From Vitrella brassicaformis CCMP3155 (Eukaryota > Protista > Chromerida), in the NCBI GenBank assembly GCA_001179505.1, contig CDMY01000423.1:15954-79953 (forward strand): 64,000 nucleotides of DNA. The letters run 5' to 3'. Within the stretch, counting starts at the first letter, position 1. Each line of letters opens with the position of its first letter. Shown here one piece after another: positions 1 through 10,884 of the stretch. The notes below the pieces were generated by a model that saw nothing but the letters and a program-made list of their open reading frames with translations, did not search any database and had not been told where the DNA came from. Both the position numbers and the translations under genes were made by a program.

Positions 1-384
1 ACACCCTGACGCAGTGCACACAGCAGAGCATTGTGGGGCTGGCTGTCTGTGTTGTGTGTGTGGTGTGTTTGCTCACTTGCATCCCTCAAAAATGGTGGTG
101 TTGGTGATCATTGTTGTTCGTCAGCCAGCCTCCTCCTCTCGCCGATAGCTCGGACACGCAGCCGCCAACCACAACCTGTGGCCAAACGTGACGCAGGTGT
201 GAGGGATGAGAGTGCCGCTGGCTACATCGCATCTCATGCCCTCTTACCTACATCCCAGCAATCGCGTGACTCTTCCTTCCCTTGAATTTCTCTCCTTCAA
301 CAAAAAAAAAAATTCTCTCCTTCTCCAGCGATCGCCAGACTTCCCGGCGAGCTTAGAAAAGGTGTGCACCGTGCGGCTCCTGCG

Positions 385-2427
385 ATGAATGCTACCAACA
401 ACACAGATCCTGATGACGTGCCATCGACCCGCGCAACAACTCCCATCTCGTCAGCCCACAGGTCAGCAGCGAAGGATGGTTGCATCCATCCCATCTCGCC
501 TGTGCCGGAGTGTGCCTGACTGATCTGCTGTGTGTCCATCAGGGGCAACCGACACCATTCTCCCAATGTGTCAATGACTGTGACGCCGGTTGGATACGGC
601 CATGTGCGGGGAGGGAGTGACTCATGCCAGAGGCTGTCGGGGCGGAAGAGGAAACGCATGTCCGCGGTACACCAGGAGGATGAGAGAGACTGTCACTGTC
701 CTCACGTCATTGTGGCTGGTCTGTCGTCTGTGTTCACTCATGCAGGTCGAGAGGTTCTATCCCATCCGACACACGCTCTTCTCGCGTTTCGATCAAGGTG
801 CGATGGAGGTCCTGCAGTCATGTGTGTGTGCACAGCCGCCCGACCTTTCAGTATGCATCCGATCCACTGGATGACTTTAGGCATCCAGCTGGCTGATGAC
901 GAGCAAGATGACGAGATGTGGTATTCCGTCACCCCTGAGCCCATCGCCCGCCAGATCGCCTCTCGATGCAAGACGCCCAATGGCATCATTTTTGACGCCT
1001 TCTGTGAGTGAGAGCGGGGCGCTCACAGACAGGTGGTCGCCTCTACCTTCTTGTGGTCAGGTGGTGTGGGCGGCAACGCCATTCAGTTTGCCTTTGCGGG
1101 TGATTTCGTGCTGTGCTGTGACGTCGTTGCTGGCCGCCTCGAGATGCTCAGAAACAACGCACGCGTATACGGTTAGTCAACAGAGAGGTGGAACACATAT
1201 GTATGCGTGTGTGTCGGTGTGTGCACACAGGTCAGTCAGGTGGACTGGACTTAATCCATGCCGACTTCAGGACACTCAGACTGAGGCCTGGTGTGGATGG
1301 AGTGTTCTTGTCACCCCCATGGGGCGGTCTGGGCATCAGCAGTGCCGCACCTGTCTACAGCATGGGCAGCATGGATGCCGGCAACATGGTAGCTAGGGTA
1401 TTCATCACGCACGGATGACGCGTGTCATGGATGTTTCAGTGGTTGTGGTGTGCAGGACGGCGTTGAGATCTATCGGTTGGCCCGTCGCATCTCCCCAAAC
1501 ATCGCTTATTACCTCCCTCGCAGCACATCGGTGGACGACGTCAAGCGCATGGCCAGCCTCACGACAAACAATGGCGTCGCGACATCGCCGCGCCGCCTGC
1601 ACGTGGATCTGCATGTCTGTCGCGACACATACATAAGTGGCGCCAGCGGGCCTCGCGACTGCAAGAGCGGGAGGAGCAGGGAAGTCGTGACCTTCGATCA
1701 CCTTGCTGCCGGTGATCTCTCCCCTCACCCACCAGCTGATGGCCACGTGCAGGTGACAAACAATGACGAATGGCGATGGAAAGTCACAGCAGTCACGTGC
1801 TATTTCGGTATGAAGGAATCGGGCAATCGGGGCCTGCACACATCACTTTGTGGTGACTTTTCTGCTGAGCAGGTGAGTATGCGCGTCGTGTCTGCAACAG
1901 TGGCCCCTTAACTGTGGAGGATGCTCTTGGGGATTTAGTCCGTGATGTGGTCCGGGTGGTGGGCGCTGACGTGCTGACGAGAGGCGTCGGAGTCAAGATG
2001 CCGCCGGTACCAGCCGACTCGGTCGACAGCGCACTGCTGGCCAATAGACAGGTGTGAAGACGAACAGATAGCTCACAGGAGCCTCCTTTCATCTGTATGT
2101 CTATCTGTGTCTCTGTGTCTACAGGTGCAGCTACTGATGCGGCAGACGGCATCGCGCCTCACTCACTGCCTACCAACCGCACCTGCAGCATCGTCAGACG
2201 CCCTGCCTGATGTCAGCGAGCGAGATGCGAACTCTGCTTCTGCTGGCGATGACGGCGTTCGTGCCAGAAAACGACCGCGGGTGTGGGAGGCTCTGGGGGC
2301 GAGGCTGCTGGCGCGGAGGAGCGGGATGAAAGAAGCGTTTGCCTGCTTCACCGAGGTGCAGCAGAGGCTGCGCATGATGTGGCGGAGGAGGCGGAAGCTC
2401 AGACAGACAAAACGTGACCTGACGTGA
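385..2427 (+). CDS. TGS1: Trimethylguanosine synthase (RNA cap guanine-N2 methyltransferase), multi-exon
   Basis: Exons translate to TGS1 motifs in order: RFYPIRHTLFSRFDQG, GIQL..DEMWYSVTPEPIARQIASRC..IIFDAFC, GGNAIQFA, LIHADF..VFLSPPWGG, RISPNIAYYLPR, KVTAVTCYFG. ATG 385 exon joins the 543 exon in phase (ag|g). After YFG, phase-consistent GT-AG joins lead through EYARRVCNSGPL.. and VQLLMRQ.. to the stop at 2427. The exact 5' and 3' exon sets are hand-built. Confidence 0.88.
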
Positions 2428-2572
2428 CGGTGAGCGTGTCGATGAGGTATTGTATTTTGTTTATATGAATGTATGTGTACATTCGCGCCGTCGATTCCCT
2501 CATCGCTCAATCCGCTGACCGACTGACTCACTGACTGACTGTGACACGCAAAAGAAGGAGTCTGTGCGCGAG

Positions 2573-4596
2573 ATGAGGCTGTCACTGCCGCTCACTGTAG
2601 CTCTCTGCCTGCAGCTATGGCTGGCCGTGACGTCTGTCGGCAAGCAACAGCGGCAGCAGCCTGTCCCGGTGGCTCTGATTGACGAGGAGGAGGCTGCTGA
2701 GCCATCGGCGGGGGAGCTGGCCGAGATTGAGGGCAACGCAGGCGGTTTGCTCGAATCAATGACGACAGGCATCGGCACTGAGGAACGGGTAGGCAAGAGA
2801 ATGATGTTGCCTGCCTGATTGATTCGACATCACTTGTGTGTCTCTTGAATGTGCGGATACATAGGCGCTGTTGGCAGCGGCGCAGAAGGAGGTCGCCGAG
2901 CAGGAGAAAGAGCAGGCAGCGCAAGAGAAGGAACTGGAGCAAAGTGAAGCACAGGAGGAGCAAATTGAAAAGGAAGTGAGATACAGACAAATCAGCCAGC
3001 CAGCCACTCATGCGAGCGAATCAATCATCTCGCTGCATGTGCGTGTCTCACAGGAGGACAAGCCGGTATCAGGCCTCATCGCCCTCCCCGACTTCCGACA
3101 GCTTGCAAGACATCATCGCCTCCGCACCGCCCCGCCGAGAACAAGATACGACATCGAGGCAGCCAAAGAGAAGGAGGAGAGACAGGAGGAGGCCAAGTAC
3201 GCGAGGCAGTTTGGCGAGCTGATGCAGAGTGAGGACAGACAGGAGGCTGCCGCGGAGGAGAAAGAGCAGCAGCAGTCGAGGGCCAACAGAATGTCGTTTC
3301 GGCAGCTCCAGCGTCCGGTTGAGGGCGGCTTTCTTCGGATCAACTCTGCAGAGAAATTCTGCCTCGGTGAGGAGAGGATGAGAGGGAGACATGCGCATGT
3401 TAATCTGTCAAGGCGCACGAATGCATTCAGGTGACGACATCCTGGAGGCATACGGCCGCGGGAGGTAGTGTTCACTGACACCGACACTGTTCACTGACAC
3501 TTGGCATCTCCCTTGCAGTGCGTCGCCCTTCATTGACTTCGACGAAGCGGAGCAGCGGTGTGCCGCCGATGATCGATGCAGTTTCTTCACTGTCGACAGG
3601 GAGAGCAACCGGACATGGATCTGCAAAGGTGTGTGTGTTTGGTCGGCGTGCACAGAGTGGATTGACGAACGTGTGTGTGTGAATTGTTCAGGGGACGGCT
3701 ACTTGTCGCTCGAGCCGTTTCCTTCTGCAGTGGTCGGCGTCAGCCCAAAAGAGCTCGCCGTCGACAGGTCTGTCTGTCTGTCTCACTCAGTCACCATCGA
3801 CGTCCACTGTGCGGCTGATGGGTGTATGTCGTGTCTCTTTCCAGGTATCGCGTTGTGACCAACATGCAATCCATCTGCCAAGGAGCCAACCTCAGTCAGC
3901 CTCAACCAGTGTCTCGGTGCTCGTGTCTCTCTCTGACGTTAGTGTGTTGTTATGCAGTCGAGGAGAGGCGCAGCACAAGCCGTTCGACAATCGACATGGA
4001 AGAGGCCGCCAAGACATGTGACAACCTGCCAGGTATGAACACAAATCGCTTCTTGATGCACACATACATGCATTCGCTGCTCTGCAGACTGCACCCATTT
4101 CACGATCAACTTCAGCGGCTCGACTGCCATGCCAGCACCCCACACCCTCATCCAGCACGTCTACTTCTGCGCCGGCGACCCCATCGGCGCGCCAAACGAC
4201 AGTTTCGTCACAGCCTCTCGGAGAGCCAGTCAGTCACACACACACACACACACAGAAAGGGGTGTGACCGATGGATGCCATGTGTTGGCGTGTGCGTGCA
4301 GCGCATTACGTCCCCGGTGCGCCTGGTGGTGCGCCGCGACCTTTGCGGCCCCGCCCCCTGCCGTGTATGGGCGTGCCTCTGCAGCTCAGAGGGCCCGTCG
4401 AAGACTCACGCGGAGGTAAAAATCAAGAGACGGGCTGCGTATAAATAAACGAGTGTGTGTCTCCCTTTCTGTGTGTGTGTCAGTGTACAAAGCTGGCTCG
4501 ATCATCCCCCCCGACATCAACGTTGTCTACCGAAGCAAAGAGCACGAGTTGCAAGCCGCAACAGAGAAAAAGGGCAAAGCCAGCAGCGCGCACTGA
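2573..4596 (+). CDS. Secreted protein: signal peptide, E/Q/K-rich helical region, two tandem 4-Cys PAN/apple-like modules (copy 1, about 450 aa, 11 exons)
   Basis: N-terminus MRLSLPLTVALCLQLWLAVTS resembles a signal peptide. All 10 hand-placed GT-AG introns are phase-consistent to the TGA at 4594-4596. Modules: FCLGDDILE..IDFDEAEQRCAADDRCSFFT..WICKG and ICQGANLIEE..IDMEEAAKTCDNLPDCTHFT..YFCAG. The PAN/apple label rests on Cys spacing only. Confidence 0.75.
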
Positions 4597-5764
4597 CGCC
4601 ATGGATGATGCAAGTGACTGACTGATCATGAGTGTCCATTCCGAAATACACTCTGACCGCGAGCACTTACATGTCTGTTTGAGCTGATCCATCCATGCAA
4701 TAAGCACGTACGTCACAATAATAATTGTATATGCGTGTGCGTAGCCATCCCTCCACGCAGGAGAGAGCAAGCTGCTGTGGATGTGTTGTTATGGGGTTGG
4801 AGGCAACATTCTTTTCGACATGTGCAGACAGATAAAGTGGAAGAGAACTTCTCCTGCAGTACGTATGTTGGTCAGTTTGTCTTCACATCAAATGTACGTG
4901 TAGACGTGTGTAAGCAACCAACCAGACTAAAACAAGTCCCGTCTGTGTGTATATGTTTTAGTCAACATTGAGCACACACTCTCATCCACGACACATGCAT
5001 TCTCCCCTGACTGACTGACTGACTGACTGGACGCACACTCACTACACTGACCGGCGAACACTGTAACCAGCCATCCATCCATCGAACACACACAAAAGAC
5101 AGTTATCCATCCGTTTGTCTGGCTTTGCTCACACGGAGACGATTGTCGATAGATGATGCGCTGGGCTGGGTGGCTGGGCTGCTCGAGACGGTGGACGGGT
5201 GTGCACGAGCTGGGACACTCGCAAACACAGTCAGACAGACAGCACATGGACTTGAATGTGTGTGTTTGTGTGTGTGTCAGCTTATCTGTGTGATGGAGTG
5301 AGTGGGTGGAGATTTGTCTCCAGACGCTCGCATGGATTTGCCGGTCGATTGCTGGGCGGGGTTGTTGCTCTACTCACTCCATCTGCTGCTGGTTGATACA
5401 GACACACACAGGGAGAGACCACATGCAGTTGTTTTGTTTGGCCGGCTGGCTGTCTGGCTGTCTGTCTGTCGCACCCATTCATCCATGAATGCACTGCACA
5501 CAGCGATGTTGGAGTGAGGCTTGACTGACGAACGATGTTGGTGTGGGCGTGCAGAACAACGATAGCTCTGCAGCAAACACACACTCACACAGACATATGA
5601 GTGTTTGCCTGTCTCTCTCTGTTTGTCTTTGTGCTTGACTGACGGCGCTGAGTGAGTCGTCGAGGCGCTCGTGGACGGACGTCAGCTCGGCCGCTGTTGT
5701 TGTTGCCTGGGCTGCTTGAGAAGGTGACGATCGGGATATAAGATGCAGGCAGAGATGTCAGCGT

Positions 5765-6060
5765 GTGTGTTCTGTTCTTGTGCGCTTTCTTCTCCCTTCT
5801 CCTGTTGTGTCGCTCCTGGGGAACGAGACACATATCGGGCACAGCAGCGTGTGTGTTGTGTTCTTTTCGTGCCCTCTCTTCGTGTGCCCTGTCTACTCCC
5901 TTCTGTGTCTCTCCCGGGGTCCGCGTCGCTTGCGGGGCCACCTGTTTGTTCTGAGGAAGGACACACATATTCGGCACAGCGATGAGCGCGTGTGTGTTCT
6001 GTTCTCGTTGTGTTCTTCCTTTCTTCTCCCTGTGTCGATGCTCCTTGGCCCGCTGCTTGA
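5765..6060. repeat. Degenerate minisatellite, about 3 units of roughly 100-130 bp
   Basis: Recurring gcgtgtgtgttctgttc / cacatattcggcacagc motifs (near 5761, 5830-5860, 5965-6005). The related tract in the right arm is about 53290-53470. Confidence 0.6.
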
Positions 6061-6176
6061 GGAGGTGAGGTGGGTGCAGTGTGGCGTTGGACCAGACGGG
6101 AGAGGCGAGGGAGGGAGGAAGAGACGGACGGATGGGAGAGGATGACTCAGTCAGTCAGTCAGTGGACTGATCGGTC

Positions 6177-6788
6177 GATCGTGTGTTTGTGATTGGTAAA
6201 GGACTCGCGATCGGCGGCCGATCCCATACACTCACACAACGTACAGAACCAACACACGTACCGTATATAACGATGTACTCTGTCTCTCAACCGAACAGAC
6301 AAAAACAAAGCCCTACGTATCGCATGTTCACCAATTGCTAAATCGGGCGCGAGGCTGGAGCGAGCTGGCATGCCTGCCTTTCATGTCACAGGGCCTCGCT
6401 TCTCCTGTCATGGAAGCCAACTGACGACATGACGTTGTGAGGCACTCAAGGACGCTTCGCATGCACTCAGTGACTGTGTGGCTCTGTGTCTCATTATGAC
6501 TTTGGTCTGGGTCCGTTATGAATTGTGTCTCGTTGCTCGCCAATTTATCGTTGCAGCGAGACACGAGGCGTTTGTACGCAATGTACAAATGGAAGCGCTC
6601 AATTTGATGTGGTACGCATATATGTGGTCACGGCGGGCGCCAGCCAAGCGCCTGCCGTCTGTCTGTTTATACCCTCCGACCGCCTCCTGTACGTTGGGGT
6701 CGGCAATTTTCAAATTGTCATTTCTGTGCACGGCACTCTCCTTTGACATGACTGGTTGGGCCATGCGCCTCTGAAACGTATGCGGACA
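6177..6788. repeat. About 600-bp non-coding element, copy 1 of 3 (also 9745-10325 direct and 52535-53115 inverted)
   Basis: All copies begin gatcgtg(tg)tttgtgattggt(a/c)aaggactcgcgatcggcggccgatcccatacactc and end ctgaaacgtatgcgg. Frame-breaking indels between copies argue against a coding role. Confidence 0.9.
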
Positions 6789-7141
6789 ACTGATTTTTTT
6801 CTAGTATCAATGTGTGTATCATCAATGTGTGTACGTATGTTTGACACCGAACCATACCTGACACACACACACACAGGCCAGGCTGACTGGTATGCGCTTC
6901 CTCTTGGTGTCTGTGGCGTGGAAGCAGACGAAGGCTCAAACTTCGGGTTGGACCTTTCTTGCATCCTGAGGGTCAATAATTGGTCTGTACATGCCTGTCT
7001 TGGTCCATCCGTCCATCCATCCATCCATCCCAAAGAGCATGTACGACACGACAATTGTCGGTGTCACAGTGCATTGAGAAAAGAGGATGTCGCATCGTGT
7101 CCATCCGTCCGCAAATCAAACCAATCGTCCAAGCAGACATG

Positions 7142-9276
7142 TCATGGCAGCTCAAACATACTTGAATGAAAAGGACAAAACTCGTGTGTGCTTACTGACT
7201 CATACTTGTTCTCATCAAAAGCGGTCAAGAGCATCAGCACAAGGACTGGCAGGTTGCGAAAGATGATAAGATTGCCGCCGATGCTCAGTGCCAGCAAGTG
7301 CATCCTGATGACGCCCGGCTCGGTTATGCTCTTAATCAGCGGCAAGTTGGCAGAGCGCACGAGGCAGATGTAGAGCGCACCCTCGAACAAGACTCCGATC
7401 AGCACCATGATTCCCAGACCTGCTAGCCTCTCTAGCAGGTGACGGACGGATGGAAAGAGGATCTGGCCGAGAGTGATGTTGAACAGGTCACTGAAGATGA
7501 GCACTGTCAACTCAATCAAGCTGTAGGCATGCATTTGCTGCAGCAGTGGAGGCAAAAAAAGTGTAGAATGAATAGATTTTCTTGTCTGTTGCTTTCCTTC
7601 CTTACATCGCTGAGACGCCGAAGGAATATCGGGTGATAACCAAATTGAACAACCTGAGTGGGGACGTCCAGAAACGTGCTCAAAGTCCTCATGGAATAGC
7701 GACCGGCCCCCTTGAAACTCATCATGGTCGTAGAGAGGCGGCTGAGTAGCATGACCGGCGTTTGCTTATCGCGCGTTTCCTGAGTATCTTCAGCAGTGAC
7801 AGTGTCGAAGTGCCGATCTCGTACCGGCCTGCATAGGAATCGCACCAGACTTCTTCTCGCGGCACCACCTATGAGAACGAAATACGGCATGGCTAGGTCG
7901 GTAACGAAGTCGAATGATGCGAAGATCAAGCTCCACAGAAGCTGATAAGGAGAGGCATGTCCAGGAAGGACGAGGAATGGATCTGACGCGAGGACAGCGT
8001 CGATGTGCCCACCTGCGCGAAAGTAGATATATTCCATCTTGGCCTGGACGAGCGTTGGGAAGAGTGCGAAGCCGAACGCTACAAACGCGATTGCTGGAGA
8101 CGTTTGCAGGGCAGGGCCGTCCTTCAGAGAACGAACGATGCCTGTAACTGAGAAGACACAGACCGAATACGCATGGAAACATGCGAATGTATCCATCGAT
8201 CGAGTCGCATTTCTTACGGGTCGCAACAAGGGGCGACACCACGAGCAGCCAAGTGAAGAGGACGCGTGTCTTCTCGCGATCTGTTGTTGCAGTCCGGGCA
8301 AGTGGCAGGAAGTAGAGGGGTACGGCAAACGAGAGACAGATGACCACTACAAATATGCCCCATGTCTTGAGAATATACGCCCGCTTCCTGATGATTATCT
8401 TCGAGTTGAAAGCCACTTGGCGAAAGACCCTGACAGGACAGGCACAACGACAGAGAATATGTGCTTACTATCACAATTCTGTTCTCACATGAGGGGTACG
8501 AGCACGGAAATGGGGTAATGCATGAGCGGCGCATATTTGTGGCGTTTCCGCAGGACCTCGACGTTCCATGAAGCCACGTATGGGGCAAACACAAGAAGGA
8601 AGATATACCAGGTCGTCCTCAAGCGGCGGACAGCCCCAATTCCGCTACCCTCAGCCACAAGTAGTATCATAGTCATATAGCATAGAGCAACGATGATGCG
8701 ACGAGTTACATCAAGGACTATCCCTGCTGCTCTCGCAGTCATCTTCTCGCACGCCGACCAGTATGCCAGCCACACCAGGGCCCCACAGACTGCAAAGCCG
8801 ACGGCTGCAATTAGGTGGAATAAGAGTACCTGGAAAGTGACAGACCTGAAGGACTGCGACATTGTGCGAATGATTACCTTTGTAACTCTTCTAACACTCG
8901 TCCAAAGCGGCTCAGGAGTAAAGACCGCACCAACAAATGAGCCTCCTTCATATTGCAAGTCAGTCTGGAACTCCTGAAACGAGGCTGCATGTCCCGCGCA
9001 TGCTCGGAATTCATTCACTTTTTCTTCGAGCTCCACCTCCTCTTTGCGCAGCGCTCTCCTGCCTTCTTCTCCGTCCTCATGATAGACAGCCCCCTCTTCT
9101 GAGTAGGTTTCTGTAGGCAGGCCGCAGGTCACGTCGTTGGTCCCAGTGGCGCCTGTGCTCTCTGGGTCAATGACATGCGCCTCGCCGCTGAGAATATCTG
9201 CTGGTTCATCGCTGACTTTCATGACGTGTTCAACGTCGTGTTGCGGTTGAGCGGCGGTGAGCTCCGTGGTCCCCAT
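7142..9276 (-). CDS. Multi-pass membrane protein of unknown family, with acidic N-terminal region (copy 1)
   Basis: Exons lie in ORFs 8485-9900, 7790-8416, 7516-8328 and 7142-7555, with many hydrophobic segments ([81 protein letters not shown]). The ATG shared with the paralogue is M(G/L)[10 protein letters not shown]. Indels between copies are in frame. Confidence 0.75.
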
Positions 9277-9350
9277 CTCGGGAACAATTCGATCATCCTG
9301 GGGGCTCCCTGGGGGCTCAGTCTCCGCGGGCAACTTCAATTCCCCCCGGG

Positions 9351-9745
9351 ATGATGCACCGGCTTCAGAGCCCTTTACATTCCAATCGGACTGAGGTCCC
9401 GAGGAACTGGTCCTCTGATGTGTACAGTACGGATGACGACAGCCCTCAGCGGCAAACAGCCGCGACCACCGCTGAGGGCTGGATGAAGGGGGGTTAGACG
9501 CATGGGCACGCCAAAACTGCACGAGGATCTTAACTGGCTCATGTCTGTCTGCAATGTCGTCTCTGTCCGCGTCTTTTCCCTCTGCAGCTACTGCGCCAAA
9601 TTGGAGCAGCGGCAATTGAGCAGCGGTGTGGATGTTGATCTGCTGGTGCAGATGCTCGCGAAGCAGAAGGCCCCCGACACGGCAAGGCTGTTCACAAAGG
9701 CATGCAGGATGAGCAGAGATCCATTCATCGGGTGTTGATGGGGAG
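9351..9745 (+). pseudogene. Orphan, frameshifted copy of the putative first two exons of the dynein heavy chain gene
   Basis: Homologous to 49552-49936 (minus strand). It has a 14-nt insertion (caattgagcagcgg) that creates an in-frame TGA, a weaker donor (gttaga vs gtaaga), and no downstream dynein exons. The call depends on the dynein 5' assignment. Confidence 0.45.
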
Positions 9746-10325
9746 ATCGTGTTTGTGATTGGTAAAGGACTCGCGATCGGCGGCCGATCCCATACACTCA
9801 CACACCGCACGTACGTACAGAACCAACACACACGATGCGATGTACTCTGTCTCTCAACCGAACAGACAAAACAAAGCCCTATATATCGCATGTGCACCAA
9901 TTGCTAAAGCGGCCGCGAGGCTGGAGCAAGTTGGCATGTCTTTCATGTCACAGGGCCTCGCTTCTCCTGTCATGGAAGCCAACCGACGACAATTACCTTG
10001 TGAGGCACTCAAGGACGCTTCGAATGCACTCAGTGACTGTGTGGCTTTGTGTCTCATTATGACTTTGGTCTGGGTCCGTCATTGATTGTGTCTCGTTGCT
10101 CGCCAACGTATCGTTGCAGCGAGACACGAGGCGTTTGTACGCAATGCACAAATGCGGGAATTTCGCAGAACCGCTCAAATTTGATGTGGTACAATGTGGC
10201 GACTGTGGGCCAGGCCAGCACCTGCCATCCACTTGTATCCTCCAACTCCTCCCTGTAGGTGTCAGAATTTCTGTGCACGCCATTCTTCTTGCGTGACTCG
10301 TTGGGCGTCTGAAACGTATGCGGTC
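9745..10325. repeat. Third copy of the 600-bp element, placed exactly at the inner end of the left arm
   Basis: Starts at the base where arm homology ends. Matches 6177-6788 (direct) and 52535-53115 (inverted). Confidence 0.88.
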
Positions 10326-10468
10326 CAATAAACTTCTACTCAGGCACACGTTGTCAGACAACGAACCAACTGAGGATAAGTCCCGTTTGCGTGGCTTCGT
10401 TGCAGGAGTAGACACTTTTTTGCCCCTATGTACAGCTCCTCGTGGGGCTTGCCCCCAAGAAGCGTCAC

Positions 10469-10586
10469 GCACTGACCACTCTGCTGGTGGGTGAGATTGA
10501 GAAGGGGCACTCTCAATACCCTCAAGCCCAAGGTGCGGGTGCGGGTGCCCCTGCTCACAGTGACACACCAGCAGAGTGGTCAGTGC
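10469..10586. repeat. 118-bp element bounded by perfect 21-bp inverted repeats
   Basis: gcactgaccactctgctggtg (10469-10489) is the exact reverse complement of caccagcagagtggtcagtgc (10566-10586). Confidence 0.85.
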
Positions 10587-10884
10587 AGTGGGCCTTTCAG
10601 TACCTGTGTCACTTCCATTTGACCACGTCCGTGCGTATGTACAGCAGCACTCAAGGATGCACACAAGTCTAGACATCTATCTATCTACGTATCCAGGCCG
10701 GCCATCACATCATGCATGCAATGCATTCTGTCCCCCCACCAGAGAAGTGACACTCACTAGCCATCCATCCATCGATCCATCCATCTATCCATCCATCCAT
10801 CGATCCATCCATCACCCAATTAAGGAAGAATGCGGGTGTGGTGTGTCGATGTCACCAGATCGATGTGCATGTGTCTATGTACAG

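Larger units (their letters stand above)
2180..9745. repeat. Left arm of a large inverted segmental duplication (partner 49552-57630)
   Basis: Colinear reverse-complement match along the whole arm, e.g. 2391-2520 vs about 57310-57440, 7142-7555 vs 51754-52146, 9700-9745 vs 49552-49600. The arms differ by many substitutions and indels, so they are not identical. Confidence 0.95.

Noticed and set aside
31-285. Possible terminal exon of an upstream gene
   Set aside because: Splice-like signals exist, but no recognisable protein sequence supports a call.
5765-6060. CRISPR-like array
   Set aside because: Units are degenerate and variable in length, there are no unique spacers between identical repeats, no cas genes are present, and the context is eukaryotic.
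6177-6788. Protein-coding role for the three-copy 600-bp element
   Set aside because: ORFs differ in frame and length among the three copies because of indels that are not multiples of three.
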